32,000 nt of DNA from Candidatus Nanosynbacter lyticus (GTDB taxonomy: Bacteria > Patescibacteriota > Saccharimonadia > Saccharimonadales > Saccharimonadaceae): the NCBI RefSeq assembly GCF_000803625.1, contig NZ_CP007496.1, positions 60,001 through 92,000 of the forward strand. Direction: 5' to 3'. Made by a program: the position numbers and the translations under genes. The notes below the pieces were generated by a model. That model saw nothing but the letters and a program-made list of their open reading frames with translations. It was not told where the DNA came from and made no database searches. Shown piece by piece: positions 7,773 through 16,495 of the stretch (within the stretch, counting starts at the first letter, position 1; every line of letters begins with the position of its first letter).

Positions 7773-9938
7773 ATGGGTCAGCGGCGACTAGCAACACCGC
7801 AAAAGGACGATGCTAAAAAGCGTCCACAGTCGAAAAAAAGCAATAACGCAGTATTAAATAGTACCACTACTCGAAAGGGCGAGGTCTTTCGAGCGCAGCG
7901 ACGAACGAGCGAGAATGTCAACCTCAGGGCGTCACAGCACTTGATTGATATTCCGGTCAATAAGTCGGTTTATAATGGTTATGGTGGCGAGCAGTTTAGT
8001 ATGAAAATGCAGCCAAAACCGCAACGTGGTGGCCAGCCAAAGCTGCGGATTATCCCAATCGGTGGTGTTGGTGAAATGGGTATTGGTAAAAACATGAACG
8101 CCATTGAGTATGATGATGAAATTATCATCGTGGACATGGGCTTTCTGTTCCCGGGCAGCGATTATCCAGGTATCAACTATATCACGCCGGATATCACCTG
8201 GCTGGAGGAAAATAAGCATAAGATTAAGGCGCACGTGTTCACTCACGGACACCTGGATCACATCGGGTCATTCCGGCACTTTATTCACCGAATTCCAGCG
8301 CCAGTTTATGGGTCGAAGTTTACTATTGGCATGCTGGACAAGTCGATGGCTGACGCTGATACCGATTTTCAGCCAGACTTTCGGGTGATGGATCCATTGA
8401 GTCATGAAATTGTTCAAGTATCGAAGCACTTTTCCGTGGAATTGGTGCGAGTAAACCACTCGATTCCTGACTCGACAGCAGTGATCATTCGGACGCCATT
8501 AGGTGTGGTGATTGACTCTGGTGACTGGCGATTTGAGGAAAGTCCGGTTGATGGCCAGAAATTTGACCTCGAGCGCATGACTGAAGTGGCATCCAAAGAG
8601 GGTGTTCTGATGTTTATGAACGAATCTACCAACTGTGAGTCGGCTGGTACACACACGCACACGGAGTTTGATATTCAATATTCAATAGGTCAGGTGATGG
8701 ATAAATTTAGTAACAGCCGAGTGATTTTGAGCTGTTTCTCATCACAAGTGCACCGCTTGCAATTGATTTTGGAAGAAGCACACAAGCACGGCCGTAAGGT
8801 GGCGTTTGCTGGTTTTTCGATGATTCAGAACTTGGAGGTAGCACTACGTTCAGGCACTATTAAGATTCCAAAAGACACCGTTATGAAGATGGAGGATATC
8901 ATCAAGTTACCAGACAGCCAGGTCACGGTGGTTTGTACTGGTTCGCAGGGTGAGTTTAATGCCGTGTTGAGCCGTATGGCGACTGGCGCGCATAAATACA
9001 TGAAGATCAAGGGCTCTGATGTGGTGGTGTTTAGCTCCAATCCGATTCCGGGCAACGAGAAAAACGTAGTGCGAACAGTTGATGGCTTGATGCGCGAAGG
9101 TTCTAGTGTGATTCAGAACGGCAAGACACACTTGACGGGGATTGGGCCGCTGCACTTGTCGGGACATGGTTATTATGATGATCACGTCAAGTTGATTAAT
9201 GCGTTGAACCCAACGTACTATATGCCAATTCACGGCGAATTTCATATGTTGGTTTATAATGCTCGGTTGGCAGAAGAGGAGTGTGGTATTCCGCGGAAGA
9301 ATATCTTTGTGTGTGACGCTGGCGATATTATTGAAATTGACGTTGAACGGCAAGCTAAGAAAGCTGGTCGGATTCAGGCTGGCGGCGTGATGTATGATGA
9401 TACCGGTGCTATTGTGTCTGAGGTGGTACTAAAAGACCGCATTCATATGTCTCAAGAGGGAATGTTTGTGGTGGTATTGACGGTGCAACGCGGCACCGGG
9501 CGGTTACTAACCAGTCCAGACATTATTTCCCGCGGCTTCATTTATCTGCGTGATTCTGAGGAATTGATGAACATGATTCGTCAGTATTTGAAGCAGAAGG
9601 CAGCGCGCAGTTTTTCTGGCAAGTATGACCTAGACGTTATCAAGAAGGAAATTAAGGATGAAGTCACACATATTTTGTACGATCAGACGCGCCGTACGCC
9701 AATTGTTATTCCGGTGATTAATGAAGTTGGCAGCTTAAAGACGGTAAAATCGACGACTGCTTCAGCTTCTCCGACTGCAAAATCCACGCCTCGCAACAAA
9801 AAATCTATTACTTCGGTGGAGGAGCCAAGGATGACTTTGCCAACCACGCCACGCCGTCGTTTTCCGCAGCGTCAAGTGCCTGACACTGAGGCGAATGACA
9901 CGAAGGCTCGGGAGCGACAAGATTTTCGTCCCTACTAA
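7773..9938 (+). CDS. rnj: Ribonuclease J (metallo-beta-lactamase / beta-CASP) with basic N- and C-terminal extensions
   Basis: KLRIIPIGGVGEMGKN, the HGHLDHIG motif, the beta-CASP region and PIHGEFHM. About 90 aa of extra basic N-terminus and about 80 aa of Ser/Thr/Pro/Arg-rich C-terminus. Confidence 0.9.
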   Translation: MGQRRLATPQKDDAKKRPQSKKSNNAVLNSTTTRKGEVFRAQRRTSENVNLRASQHLIDIPVNKSVYNGYGGEQFSMKMQPKPQRGGQPKLRIIPIGGVGEMGIGKNMNAIEYDDEIIIVDMGFLFPGSDYPGINYITPDITWLEENKHKIKAHVFTHGHLDHIGSFRHFIHRIPAPVYGSKFTIGMLDKSMADADTDFQPDFRVMDPLSHEIVQVSKHFSVELVRVNHSIPDSTAVIIRTPLGVVIDSGDWRFEESPVDGQKFDLERMTEVASKEGVLMFMNESTNCESAGTHTHTEFDIQYSIGQVMDKFSNSRVILSCFSSQVHRLQLILEEAHKHGRKVAFAGFSMIQNLEVALRSGTIKIPKDTVMKMEDIIKLPDSQVTVVCTGSQGEFNAVLSRMATGAHKYMKIKGSDVVVFSSNPIPGNEKNVVRTVDGLMREGSSVIQNGKTHLTGIGPLHLSGHGYYDDHVKLINALNPTYYMPIHGEFHMLVYNARLAEEECGIPRKNIFVCDAGDIIEIDVERQAKKAGRIQAGGVMYDDTGAIVSEVVLKDRIHMSQEGMFVVVLTVQRGTGRLLTSPDIISRGFIYLRDSEELMNMIRQYLKQKAARSFSGKYDLDVIKKEIKDEVTHILYDQTRRTPIVIPVINEVGSLKTVKSTTASASPTAKSTPRNKKSITSVEEPRMTLPTTPRRRFPQRQVPDTEANDTKARERQDFRPY

Positions 9939-10044
9939 ATCCTCAGATTGATTTTACTGATAAATTATGCTATAATACAAAGTGTATTAAATTGATGTTT
10001 ATATCTGTTAAGAAGTATAAAATCAGTGTATAATAAAAACGATT

Positions 10045-12258
10045 ATGGCAAAAAAGCGAAAGAGCACGAAAAAGTCTACTCCTACCAAACCGCAACATAG
10101 TTTGCCGGTGGGTTTTTGGTCACAAGTAGGCGCGGTCTTATTGATCCTCTTGTCATTGCTATTGGTGGTTTCGTGGTTTGGTGTTGGTGGTCCAGTTCTT
10201 CAGTGGATTGATATGGCAACCATAAAGACAGTCGGCTACACTGCTTACACATTACCGATACTATTAATTTATTTGGCGGTAGAAACTTTCCGGGCAGAAG
10301 AGAATCGCTTACCTGCGGCGGTGAAGTTTGCGGCAGTTTTAGAGATTGTGTGGTTTTCAGGATTATTTGGGCTATTAAAGACGTCTTTACGACCAGATGC
10401 TGGTGGATTTGTAGGTGATATATTAAATACAGCCACACTTAAAATGGTAGATTCGGCAATTGCTGCAATATTTTACCTGGTGTTGGCGTTTATTACAGTT
10501 TTATTTATCACCCAAACATCACCATTTACTGTGTTTAGTAAATTGTGGCAAGCAATTAAAAGTAATAGCTTAGAGGATGATAACAATCGATCTATCATGA
10601 AGCAAGCGGCAAATCCTCAGTCGACAGAGGAAAATAAAAAGGTGAGTTTGGGAGATATTAAACTCAATGCTGGCGTGCCGATTATTGACACCACTAAGGA
10701 GAAGAAGGGTTTATTAAAGCGTACTGAAAAGCCAGAAAAGGCCGCTGAAGAACAAGCTCTGGTGGCAACACGTGATCCAAATTGGCAAGCCCCAAGCCTG
10801 GATTTATTAGAGAAGAACGAAGGCGGTGCGGATGCTGGCGATACGAGACAAAATGCTCAGATTATTCATGATACACTATCCGAATTTAACATTGATGCAG
10901 CAATGGGTGATATAAACGTTGGTCCAAAGGTGACGCAGTATACCCTAAGGCCACCAAGTGGTGTGAAATTGACGCGAATTACTGCGCTAGAGACAAATAT
11001 TGCGCTTAATTTGGCGGCCCAAAGTCTGAGGATTGAAGCACCAATTCCTGGCCAGAAGGCGGTGGGAATTGAGGTGCCAAACCGTAAGGCAGCTGAGGTG
11101 CGGCTGTATAGCACATTAGTTTCAAAGCAGTGGACGGCGTCGCGCGATCCGCTCAGCTTTACGATTGGTAAGGATATTTCTGGGCAAGTCGTGGTTGGTG
11201 AGCTGGGAAAGATGCCGCACTTGCTAATTGCTGGGCAAACTGGCTCTGGTAAGTCAGTGATGATTAATACGCTACTGACGAGTTTATTGTATCGCAATAG
11301 TCCGAGTGACATGAAGCTGATTTTGGTTGACCCGAAGCAGGTGGAAATGGCGCCATATGAGGATATTCCGCACTTGCTGACTCCAGTGATTACTGAGCCA
11401 GAAAAGACTATTTCAGCTTTGAAATGGGCAGTTAATGAAATGGAGCGGCGCTATAAATTATTAGCGACAGAGAAGATCCGTAATATTAAGGATTACAATA
11501 AGAGGCTACAATCACGAGCGAAAAAGATTGCTATTGCTGATGAAAACGGTAATGTGCAGGAGCATGAAGATGGTTCGATGCCGTACATTGTGATTGTGGT
11601 GGACGAAATGGCGGACTTGATGATGATTGCTAAGAAAGATGTCGAGGCATTAATTGTTCGTTTGGCGCAGAAGGCTCGAGCGGTTGGTATCCATCTGGTA
11701 CTGGCAACGCAGCGGCCAAGTGTTGATGTTATTACTGGTTTGATTAAGGCGAACGTGCCGGCGCGTATTTCTTTTACGGTAGCTAGCCAGGTGGATAGTA
11801 TGACGATTTTAGACCAAGCGGGCGCGGAAAAATTGCTGGGTCAGGGTGATATGTTGTTCTATACACCAAGCATGAGTAAACCGAAACGCATCCAAGGTGC
11901 CTGGGTAACTGATGACGAAGTAAATAAAATTACTGATCATTTGCGAATGCAGATGGCGCCGCAGTACAACGATGAAGTGGTGGCTCAGCCAGTACAGTTG
12001 AACGGTAAGGGCGGTGTAGTGATGGATTTGTCAGAAGGTGGTGATGATAAATTCAAGGATGCTGTGAGGGTGGTAGTTGAGCGACGAAAGGCCTCAACGA
12101 GTATGCTCCAAACGCGACTAGGTATTGGCTATCAGCGAGCAGCGCGCATTATTGAAGAAATGGAAGAGCGGGGAATTATCGGTCCGCAGAATGGATCAAA
12201 GCCACGTGATGTATTGATCTCTAGTGTCGAAGAATTAGATGAATTGTTGGCGGAATAG
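10045..12258 (+). CDS. ftsK: DNA translocase FtsK/SpoIIIE
   Basis: N-terminal TM segments, a linker, Walker A (GQTGSGKSV), Walker B (IVIVVDEMADLMM), and a C-terminal gamma winged-helix domain (MLQTRLGIGYQRAARIIEEMEERGIIGP). Confidence 0.95.
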   Translation: MAKKRKSTKKSTPTKPQHSLPVGFWSQVGAVLLILLSLLLVVSWFGVGGPVLQWIDMATIKTVGYTAYTLPILLIYLAVETFRAEENRLPAAVKFAAVLEIVWFSGLFGLLKTSLRPDAGGFVGDILNTATLKMVDSAIAAIFYLVLAFITVLFITQTSPFTVFSKLWQAIKSNSLEDDNNRSIMKQAANPQSTEENKKVSLGDIKLNAGVPIIDTTKEKKGLLKRTEKPEKAAEEQALVATRDPNWQAPSLDLLEKNEGGADAGDTRQNAQIIHDTLSEFNIDAAMGDINVGPKVTQYTLRPPSGVKLTRITALETNIALNLAAQSLRIEAPIPGQKAVGIEVPNRKAAEVRLYSTLVSKQWTASRDPLSFTIGKDISGQVVVGELGKMPHLLIAGQTGSGKSVMINTLLTSLLYRNSPSDMKLILVDPKQVEMAPYEDIPHLLTPVITEPEKTISALKWAVNEMERRYKLLATEKIRNIKDYNKRLQSRAKKIAIADENGNVQEHEDGSMPYIVIVVDEMADLMMIAKKDVEALIVRLAQKARAVGIHLVLATQRPSVDVITGLIKANVPARISFTVASQVDSMTILDQAGAEKLLGQGDMLFYTPSMSKPKRIQGAWVTDDEVNKITDHLRMQMAPQYNDEVVAQPVQLNGKGGVVMDLSEGGDDKFKDAVRVVVERRKASTSMLQTRLGIGYQRAARIIEEMEERGIIGPQNGSKPRDVLISSVEELDELLAE

Positions 12259-12302
12259 TATAAAAGATTGACCAAATAATATCTATATTGTAAAAAAACT
12301 TT

Positions 12303-12920
12303 ATGAATGAGCATTTTCCCGGAAGCTATGACTTAGCTCCTGACCAAGATACTCTTGTCTCTATAGTACAAGCAGCAGGTAAAGTTCTTAAAGAGAAGGG
12401 TATTGAAGGGCTAGAGAATGGTCGCTATCAAATAGACGATAGTAGTGCTGCTGCGAACATTTTTACATGTAAACTATCGCCAGAAATAGTACATCATATT
12501 TTTTCAATTCCACTAGAAACCATTCGCGTTTCTTCGGACGGTCATGCGGAGGGGTGCGAAATAATCTATTTACCAGAATCTATGTTGGAAGATGGCACAC
12601 AATGTTCTGCTGAATTAGGTTTGTACGTTACTGAGGTGGTAAGTCGTTCAGGTGTCTTACCGCCGCTTTATATAGAACACAGCTGGATTATTAGAGGTTG
12701 GAAAGGGCAATGTCTTGAGGGAGAGTATAAGGTCGAATATTCCATAGATGGACGACGAGTAAGTCCGGGTAATCTTGATCTAGAAAGTTTGGATTTGAGA
12801 AACTCTGAAGATATCAGAAGATTAATCGCCGACATAAGAAACAACACTCAATCTCTTGGTGTTGACGATATAGACACTATCTATAGGCTAATTGACAAGA
12901 TATCGCAGAGTGGGGTATAA
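12303..12920 (+). CDS. Hypothetical cytoplasmic protein (205 aa), no recognisable family
   Basis: Intact ORF filling the ftsK-rpsF gap, with no signal peptide or TM segment. AGA/AGG and ATA codons are over-used relative to neighbouring housekeeping genes. A possible leaderless promoter (TTGACC-17-TAAAAA-6-ATG) lies upstream. Confidence 0.55.
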   Translation: MNEHFPGSYDLAPDQDTLVSIVQAAGKVLKEKGIEGLENGRYQIDDSSAAANIFTCKLSPEIVHHIFSIPLETIRVSSDGHAEGCEIIYLPESMLEDGTQCSAELGLYVTEVVSRSGVLPPLYIEHSWIIRGWKGQCLEGEYKVEYSIDGRRVSPGNLDLESLDLRNSEDIRRLIADIRNNTQSLGVDDIDTIYRLIDKISQSGV

Positions 12921-12921
12921 T
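12892..12921 (+). promoter_or_regulatory. rpsF-ssb-rpsR operon promoter (TTGACA, 18-nt spacer, TATAAT)
   Basis: TTGACA at 12892-12897 and TATAAT at 12916-12921. The -10 overlaps the stop codon of the 205-aa ORF. Confidence 0.6.
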
Positions 12922-12941
12922 ACAGGCGAATATTAACCTAA

Positions 12942-12963
12942 GCTTACGTGAGACAGCGTAAGC
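12942..12963 (+). promoter_or_regulatory. Hairpin in the rpsF 5' leader; candidate S6:S18 autoregulatory element
   Basis: 7-bp stem: gcttacg (12942-12948) pairs with cgtaagc (12957-12963), 8-nt loop. A CCG-containing single-stranded stretch and the SD gaggagga follow. Confidence 0.35.
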
Positions 12964-12992
12964 ATCCGTAAATGGATTCCAGAGGAGGAAGC

Positions 12993-13346
12993 ATGAACGA
13001 ATACGAACTAACCGTTCTTATTCATCCGGATTTAGAGTCTAATCTAGATTCAGCGTTGGATAAGGTACGTGGTTTAATCACCGATAACGGCGGTGAAATT
13101 ACTAAAGAAGATAACTGGGGCAAGAAAAAATTGGCCTATACCATCAAGCGTGAAGACTTTGCAATTTACGTTTGTTTTGAGGTAAAACTGCCAGCGCCAG
13201 CTTTATTGAAGATTTCTAACACGCTTAACATTACCGACGAAGTATTGCGCTACCTATTGGTAAAAACTGATGAAAAAACTCGTCAGGCATTAAGCGAGCA
13301 AAAAGCACGCAACGAAGAAGCTGATTCAAGCGAATCAAATAAATAA
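12993..13346 (+). CDS. rpsF: 30S ribosomal protein S6
   Basis: MNEYELTVLIHPDL.. is a typical S6 N-terminus. SD gaggagga sits 5 nt upstream of the ATG at 12993, so the ORF-track start at 12972 is unlikely. Confidence 0.9.
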   Translation: MNEYELTVLIHPDLESNLDSALDKVRGLITDNGGEITKEDNWGKKKLAYTIKREDFAIYVCFEVKLPAPALLKISNTLNITDEVLRYLLVKTDEKTRQALSEQKARNEEADSSESNK

Positions 13347-13381
13347 GCCTAACTGCCGCAAGGTAAAAGAGGGGATAGAAT

Positions 13382-13804
13382 ATGGCACGAAGCATCAATC
13401 AAGTAATTTTACTGGGTAGATTGACACGCGATCCAGAGCAGCGAACAACGGCTTCTGGAAAGAACGTAGTTAGTTTTAGTATCGCGGTTGATCGACCAAC
13501 CCAAGATGATCAGGCGGACTTTTTCAATATTACCGCTTGGGATAAACTTGGTGATTTGGTGATGCAATATTTGAGTAAGGGTCGTCGGGTTCTAGTCCAA
13601 GGGCGACTGCGGCAAGATAGTTGGGAAGATAAGGAAACTGGCAAAAGACAGAGTCGAATTGAAGTTACTGCTTCAGACGTAACATTTTTAGACGGTCCGA
13701 ATAATGACAATTCTGGTTCTGCTGCGCCAAAAACTACTAAAAAAGAGGAAGTTGTGACGGAGATTGACGATAAGCCAATTGACCTGAGCGAAATTCCATT
13801 CTAA
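13382..13804 (+). CDS. ssb: Single-stranded DNA-binding protein
   Basis: OB-fold N-terminus ([18 protein letters not shown]), a Gly/Ser/Asn linker and an acidic tail ending DLSEIPF. Confidence 0.93.
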   Translation: MARSINQVILLGRLTRDPEQRTTASGKNVVSFSIAVDRPTQDDQADFFNITAWDKLGDLVMQYLSKGRRVLVQGRLRQDSWEDKETGKRQSRIEVTASDVTFLDGPNNDNSGSAAPKTTKKEEVVTEIDDKPIDLSEIPF

Positions 13805-13817
13805 TAAGGAGATAATA

Positions 13818-14015
13818 ATGGCACAATTGAAGAAAAATCCACCGATTATTTTTGACTACAAAGACGTAAAGACTTTGCAGCGCTACATCAATGTTTATGG
13901 TCAAATCGAGCCGATTAGCAAGACTGGCTTAAGCGAAAAGCAGCAGAGAAGTTTGGCAGTGGCAATTAAGCGCGCTCGTCATTTGGCGCTATTGCCTTTT
14001 GTGGCTAGCAACTAG
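13818..14015 (+). CDS. rpsR: 30S ribosomal protein S18
   Basis: [13 protein letters not shown]...I......GL..K.QR.LA.AIKRAR.LALLPF, with canonical rpsF-ssb-rpsR synteny. Confidence 0.93.
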   Translation: MAQLKKNPPIIFDYKDVKTLQRYINVYGQIEPISKTGLSEKQQRSLAVAIKRARHLALLPFVASN

Positions 14016-14030
14016 CAATATTTAAACAGC

Positions 14031-14073
14031 ATATCTCGTTGCTACTACATATTTGGCGGCGAGATATTTTATT
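14031..14073 (+). terminator. Terminator of the rpsF-ssb-rpsR operon
   Basis: 8-bp stem: atatctcg (14031-14038) pairs with cgagatat (14060-14067), followed by ttttatt. The loop is long (21 nt). Confidence 0.55.
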
Positions 14074-14087
14074 GGAAAGGAATATGT

Positions 14088-14648
14088 ATGTATCAGCCAA
14101 CTGATTTGAAAAAAGGCGTAGTTTGCCAAATTGACGGCAAGCCATATCGCGTCGTAGAATACGGTCAAAAAGTTATGGGTCGTGGTGGCTCAATCGTTAA
14201 TGTGAAGCTGAAGAACTTGATTGACGGTAGTGTTATTCCGAAGACATTTAAAGGGCAGGAGCGAATCGAAGCTGCTGAGGTTAATAATAAGACTGCGCAA
14301 TATCTGTATAACGATGGCGATAAATTCTACTTTATGGATCCTGTTAGTTTTGAGCAGTTTGAATTGGCGGCGGAGATTGTGGATGATGCTAGCAAATACT
14401 TGAAGGAAGGCGACGAGTTAAATCTGCAATTCTTTGACGGGCGAGTAATTAACGTTGAGCTACCAAAGAATAAATATTTGGAAGTTACTTATACTGAGGA
14501 TGTAGTGAAGGGTGACACAACTTCGTCTGTCTTAAAAGACGCAACGCTAGAAACTGGTTTGGTAGTGAAGGTTCCGGCGTTTATTAAGCAGGGTGATATT
14601 ATTAGTGTCGATACATCAACTGGCGAGTATCGCGAACGAAAGAAGTAG
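14088..14648 (+). CDS. efp: Elongation factor P (Arg32 type)
   Basis: Full-length alignment by eye to EF-P (IDGKPYRVVE.., YLYNDGDKFYFMD, VKGDT.., LETGLVVKVPAFI..GD.I.VDT.TGEY..R). The loop tip reads VMGRGGS. Confidence 0.95.
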   Translation: MYQPTDLKKGVVCQIDGKPYRVVEYGQKVMGRGGSIVNVKLKNLIDGSVIPKTFKGQERIEAAEVNNKTAQYLYNDGDKFYFMDPVSFEQFELAAEIVDDASKYLKEGDELNLQFFDGRVINVELPKNKYLEVTYTEDVVKGDTTSSVLKDATLETGLVVKVPAFIKQGDIISVDTSTGEYRERKK

Positions 14649-14659
14649 CGGTCCTTCAG

Positions 14660-15382
14660 ATGAAACAGCGATTAGACAAGGTTCTGGTCGAGCGCGGGCT
14701 AGCGTCAACACGTTCTCAGGCGGATAATTTTATTCGCTTGGGTTACGTTTATTTGAATAAAAAAATTGCTCAAAAATCAGGGGCAATGGTATCTGATACT
14801 GATACGATAACGCTAAAAAAGATGGAGACTTATGTGTCGCGAGCGGGCTTAAAACTGGCTAGCGTAGCCAAATATTTTAAGCTTAATTTTCAAGATAAAA
14901 CAGTATTAGATATTGGCTCAAGTACTGGTGGTTTTACCGACTATTCACTGCGTCATGGTGCTAGGAAAGTTTTTGCCGTTGACGTTGGTACTGACCAACT
15001 TCATCTAAGCTTGCGGACGAACCCAAAGATTATCCTTCACGAAAAAACTGATATTCGTGATTTTTGCACAGATGAAGTGATCGATGTGATTGTGGGGGAT
15101 GTGTCATTTATATCGCTACGGGAGATTTTGCCACATGTAGCTAAAGAACTAATGAATAAAAATACCATACTTATTGCCATGGTAAAGCCGCAATTTGAAG
15201 CAGGGCGACATCAAACTAATAAAGGCATTATTAAAAACGATAAGGTGCGACGGCAGATCTTAACTGATTTTGAAAATTGGGCAAAAAAGTATTTTGTGAT
15301 TTTAGATAAAAAGGATAGTGAAGTTGCTGGTAGTAAGGGAAATCTTGAGCGATTTTATAAATTGCAATTAGCTAAACATTAA
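14660..15382 (+). CDS. tlyA: TlyA-family rRNA 2'-O-methyltransferase (S4 domain + FtsJ-like methyltransferase)
   Basis: RLDKVLVERGLASTRSQA (S4 domain), YVSRAGLKL, and LDIGSSTGGFTDYSL..GA.KVFAVDVG..QL (SAM-binding motif). Confidence 0.85.
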   Translation: MKQRLDKVLVERGLASTRSQADNFIRLGYVYLNKKIAQKSGAMVSDTDTITLKKMETYVSRAGLKLASVAKYFKLNFQDKTVLDIGSSTGGFTDYSLRHGARKVFAVDVGTDQLHLSLRTNPKIILHEKTDIRDFCTDEVIDVIVGDVSFISLREILPHVAKELMNKNTILIAMVKPQFEAGRHQTNKGIIKNDKVRRQILTDFENWAKKYFVILDKKDSEVAGSKGNLERFYKLQLAKH

Positions 15383-16451
15383 ACCTAAACTCAACAACAT
15401 CATTTGGTTGCATAATGTAGGTTTTGCCTTCAGTGCGAATCTTACCAGCCTCGCGAGCTTTTACTTCTGATCCGGCAGTAATCAAATCATTAAAATCGAC
15501 AATTTGCGCCGCAATGAAGCCTCGTTCAAAGTCTGAATGGATAACTCCAGCAGCTTGTGGCGCCGTCCAGCCCTTATGGATTGTCCAGGCGCGCACTTCT
15601 TTTTCACCGGCAGTCAAGTAGCTTTGTAACCCCAGTGTGTCGTAGGCGGCGTGAATTAGTTTGACTAGTCCAGTTTCTTGAACGCCATAACTTTCCAGAA
15701 GCTCTTTGGCGTCATCTTCTGATAAACCTTTTAATTCTTCTTCTAGCTTTGCACAGACAAAGACGGTTTTTGAGGGGTGGACTAGTTCTTTTAATTTTCC
15801 TTTTAGAGCGGAATTGTTCAATCCTTCTTCATCAACATTGAAAGCGTAAATAACTGGTTTGGCGGTGAGTAGATGCAGGTCAGCAATTGCTTCAAAGTCC
15901 ACACCAGCCAGAGCAGAAATTGGTGTCCCTGACTGTAGATTGTCTGCCAGTGACTGTAAATAGGCTACTTTTTGGCGGGCTTCTGGACTAGCCTTAGCTT
16001 CTTTTTGTAGCTGCGGCAGGCGTTTCTCGATTGTTTGTAAGTCAGCTAGGATTAGCTCGGTATTGATAATGCCGATATCTTTTTTTGGGTCAATTGGCGC
16101 TTCGTCGTGTCGCAAAATCTTTGAATTTTCAAAAGCACGAACAACGTGAATAATGGCGTTGCACTCTCTGATATTGTGAAGAAACTTATTGCCTAGACCT
16201 TCGCCTTTGGAGGCGCCGGCAACTAGTCCGGCAATATCAACGAAAGTAACGGTAGCTGGGATGATTTTTTGGGTATGATAAAGCTCAGCCAGGGCTTGTA
16301 AGCGGCTGTCTGGCACGGGAACAATTCCTGTGTTCGGCTCGATAGTTGCAAACGGATAATTAGCAGCCAAAATATCATTGTTTGTTAAAGCATTAAAAAG
16401 TGTCGATTTGCCGACATTAGGTAGGCCAACGATTCCAATAGATAAACTCAT
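15372..16451 (-). CDS. ychF: Ribosome-binding ATPase YchF
   Basis: [46 protein letters not shown] and a C-terminal TGS-like domain (RAWTI..G..APQAAG.IH.DF..GFI.A). Confidence 0.95.
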   Translation of the reverse strand: MSLSIGIVGLPNVGKSTLFNALTNNDILAANYPFATIEPNTGIVPVPDSRLQALAELYHTQKIIPATVTFVDIAGLVAGASKGEGLGNKFLHNIRECNAIIHVVRAFENSKILRHDEAPIDPKKDIGIINTELILADLQTIEKRLPQLQKEAKASPEARQKVAYLQSLADNLQSGTPISALAGVDFEAIADLHLLTAKPVIYAFNVDEEGLNNSALKGKLKELVHPSKTVFVCAKLEEELKGLSEDDAKELLESYGVQETGLVKLIHAAYDTLGLQSYLTAGEKEVRAWTIHKGWTAPQAAGVIHSDFERGFIAAQIVDFNDLITAGSEVKAREAGKIRTEGKTYIMQPNDVVEFRFNV

Positions 16452-16457
16452 AACTTT

Positions 16458-16466
16458 ATTATATCA
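16458..16466 (-). promoter_or_regulatory. Extended -10 (TGaTATAAT) for ychF; predicted +1 is the A of the ATG (leaderless)
   Basis: The minus strand reads tgatataat aaagtt ATG. The hexamer is at 16463-16458 and the ATG at 16451-16449. Confidence 0.5.
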
Positions 16467-16479
16467 TCTGCGCAATCTT

Positions 16480-16488
16480 TGATATAAT
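16480..16488 (+). promoter_or_regulatory. Extended -10 (TGaTATAAT) for the 986-aa gene; ATG 7 nt after the hexamer (leaderless)
   Basis: tgatataat tataagc ATG. The hexamer is at 16483-16488 and the ATG at 16496. No SD is present. Confidence 0.5.
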
Positions 16489-16495
16489 TATAAGC

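Noticed and set aside
8907-9353. Long antisense ORFs inside rnj (8907-9353), ftsK (10866-11312), pilN/pilO (20954-21334) and pilA (26195-26551)
   Set aside because: All are fully embedded opposite strongly supported conserved genes. They have no SD or promoter and encode compositionally odd peptides. They are typical shadow ORFs.
12972-12992. Upstream in-frame ATG for rpsF, and likewise 27739-27792 for minor pilin 1, 26313 for pilA and 28520 for pilin-like 2
   Set aside because: In each case a strong SD or -10 element lies inside the extension. The conserved protein N-terminus (the S6 MNEYEL start, or the short basic class III signal peptide) begins at the downstream ATG.
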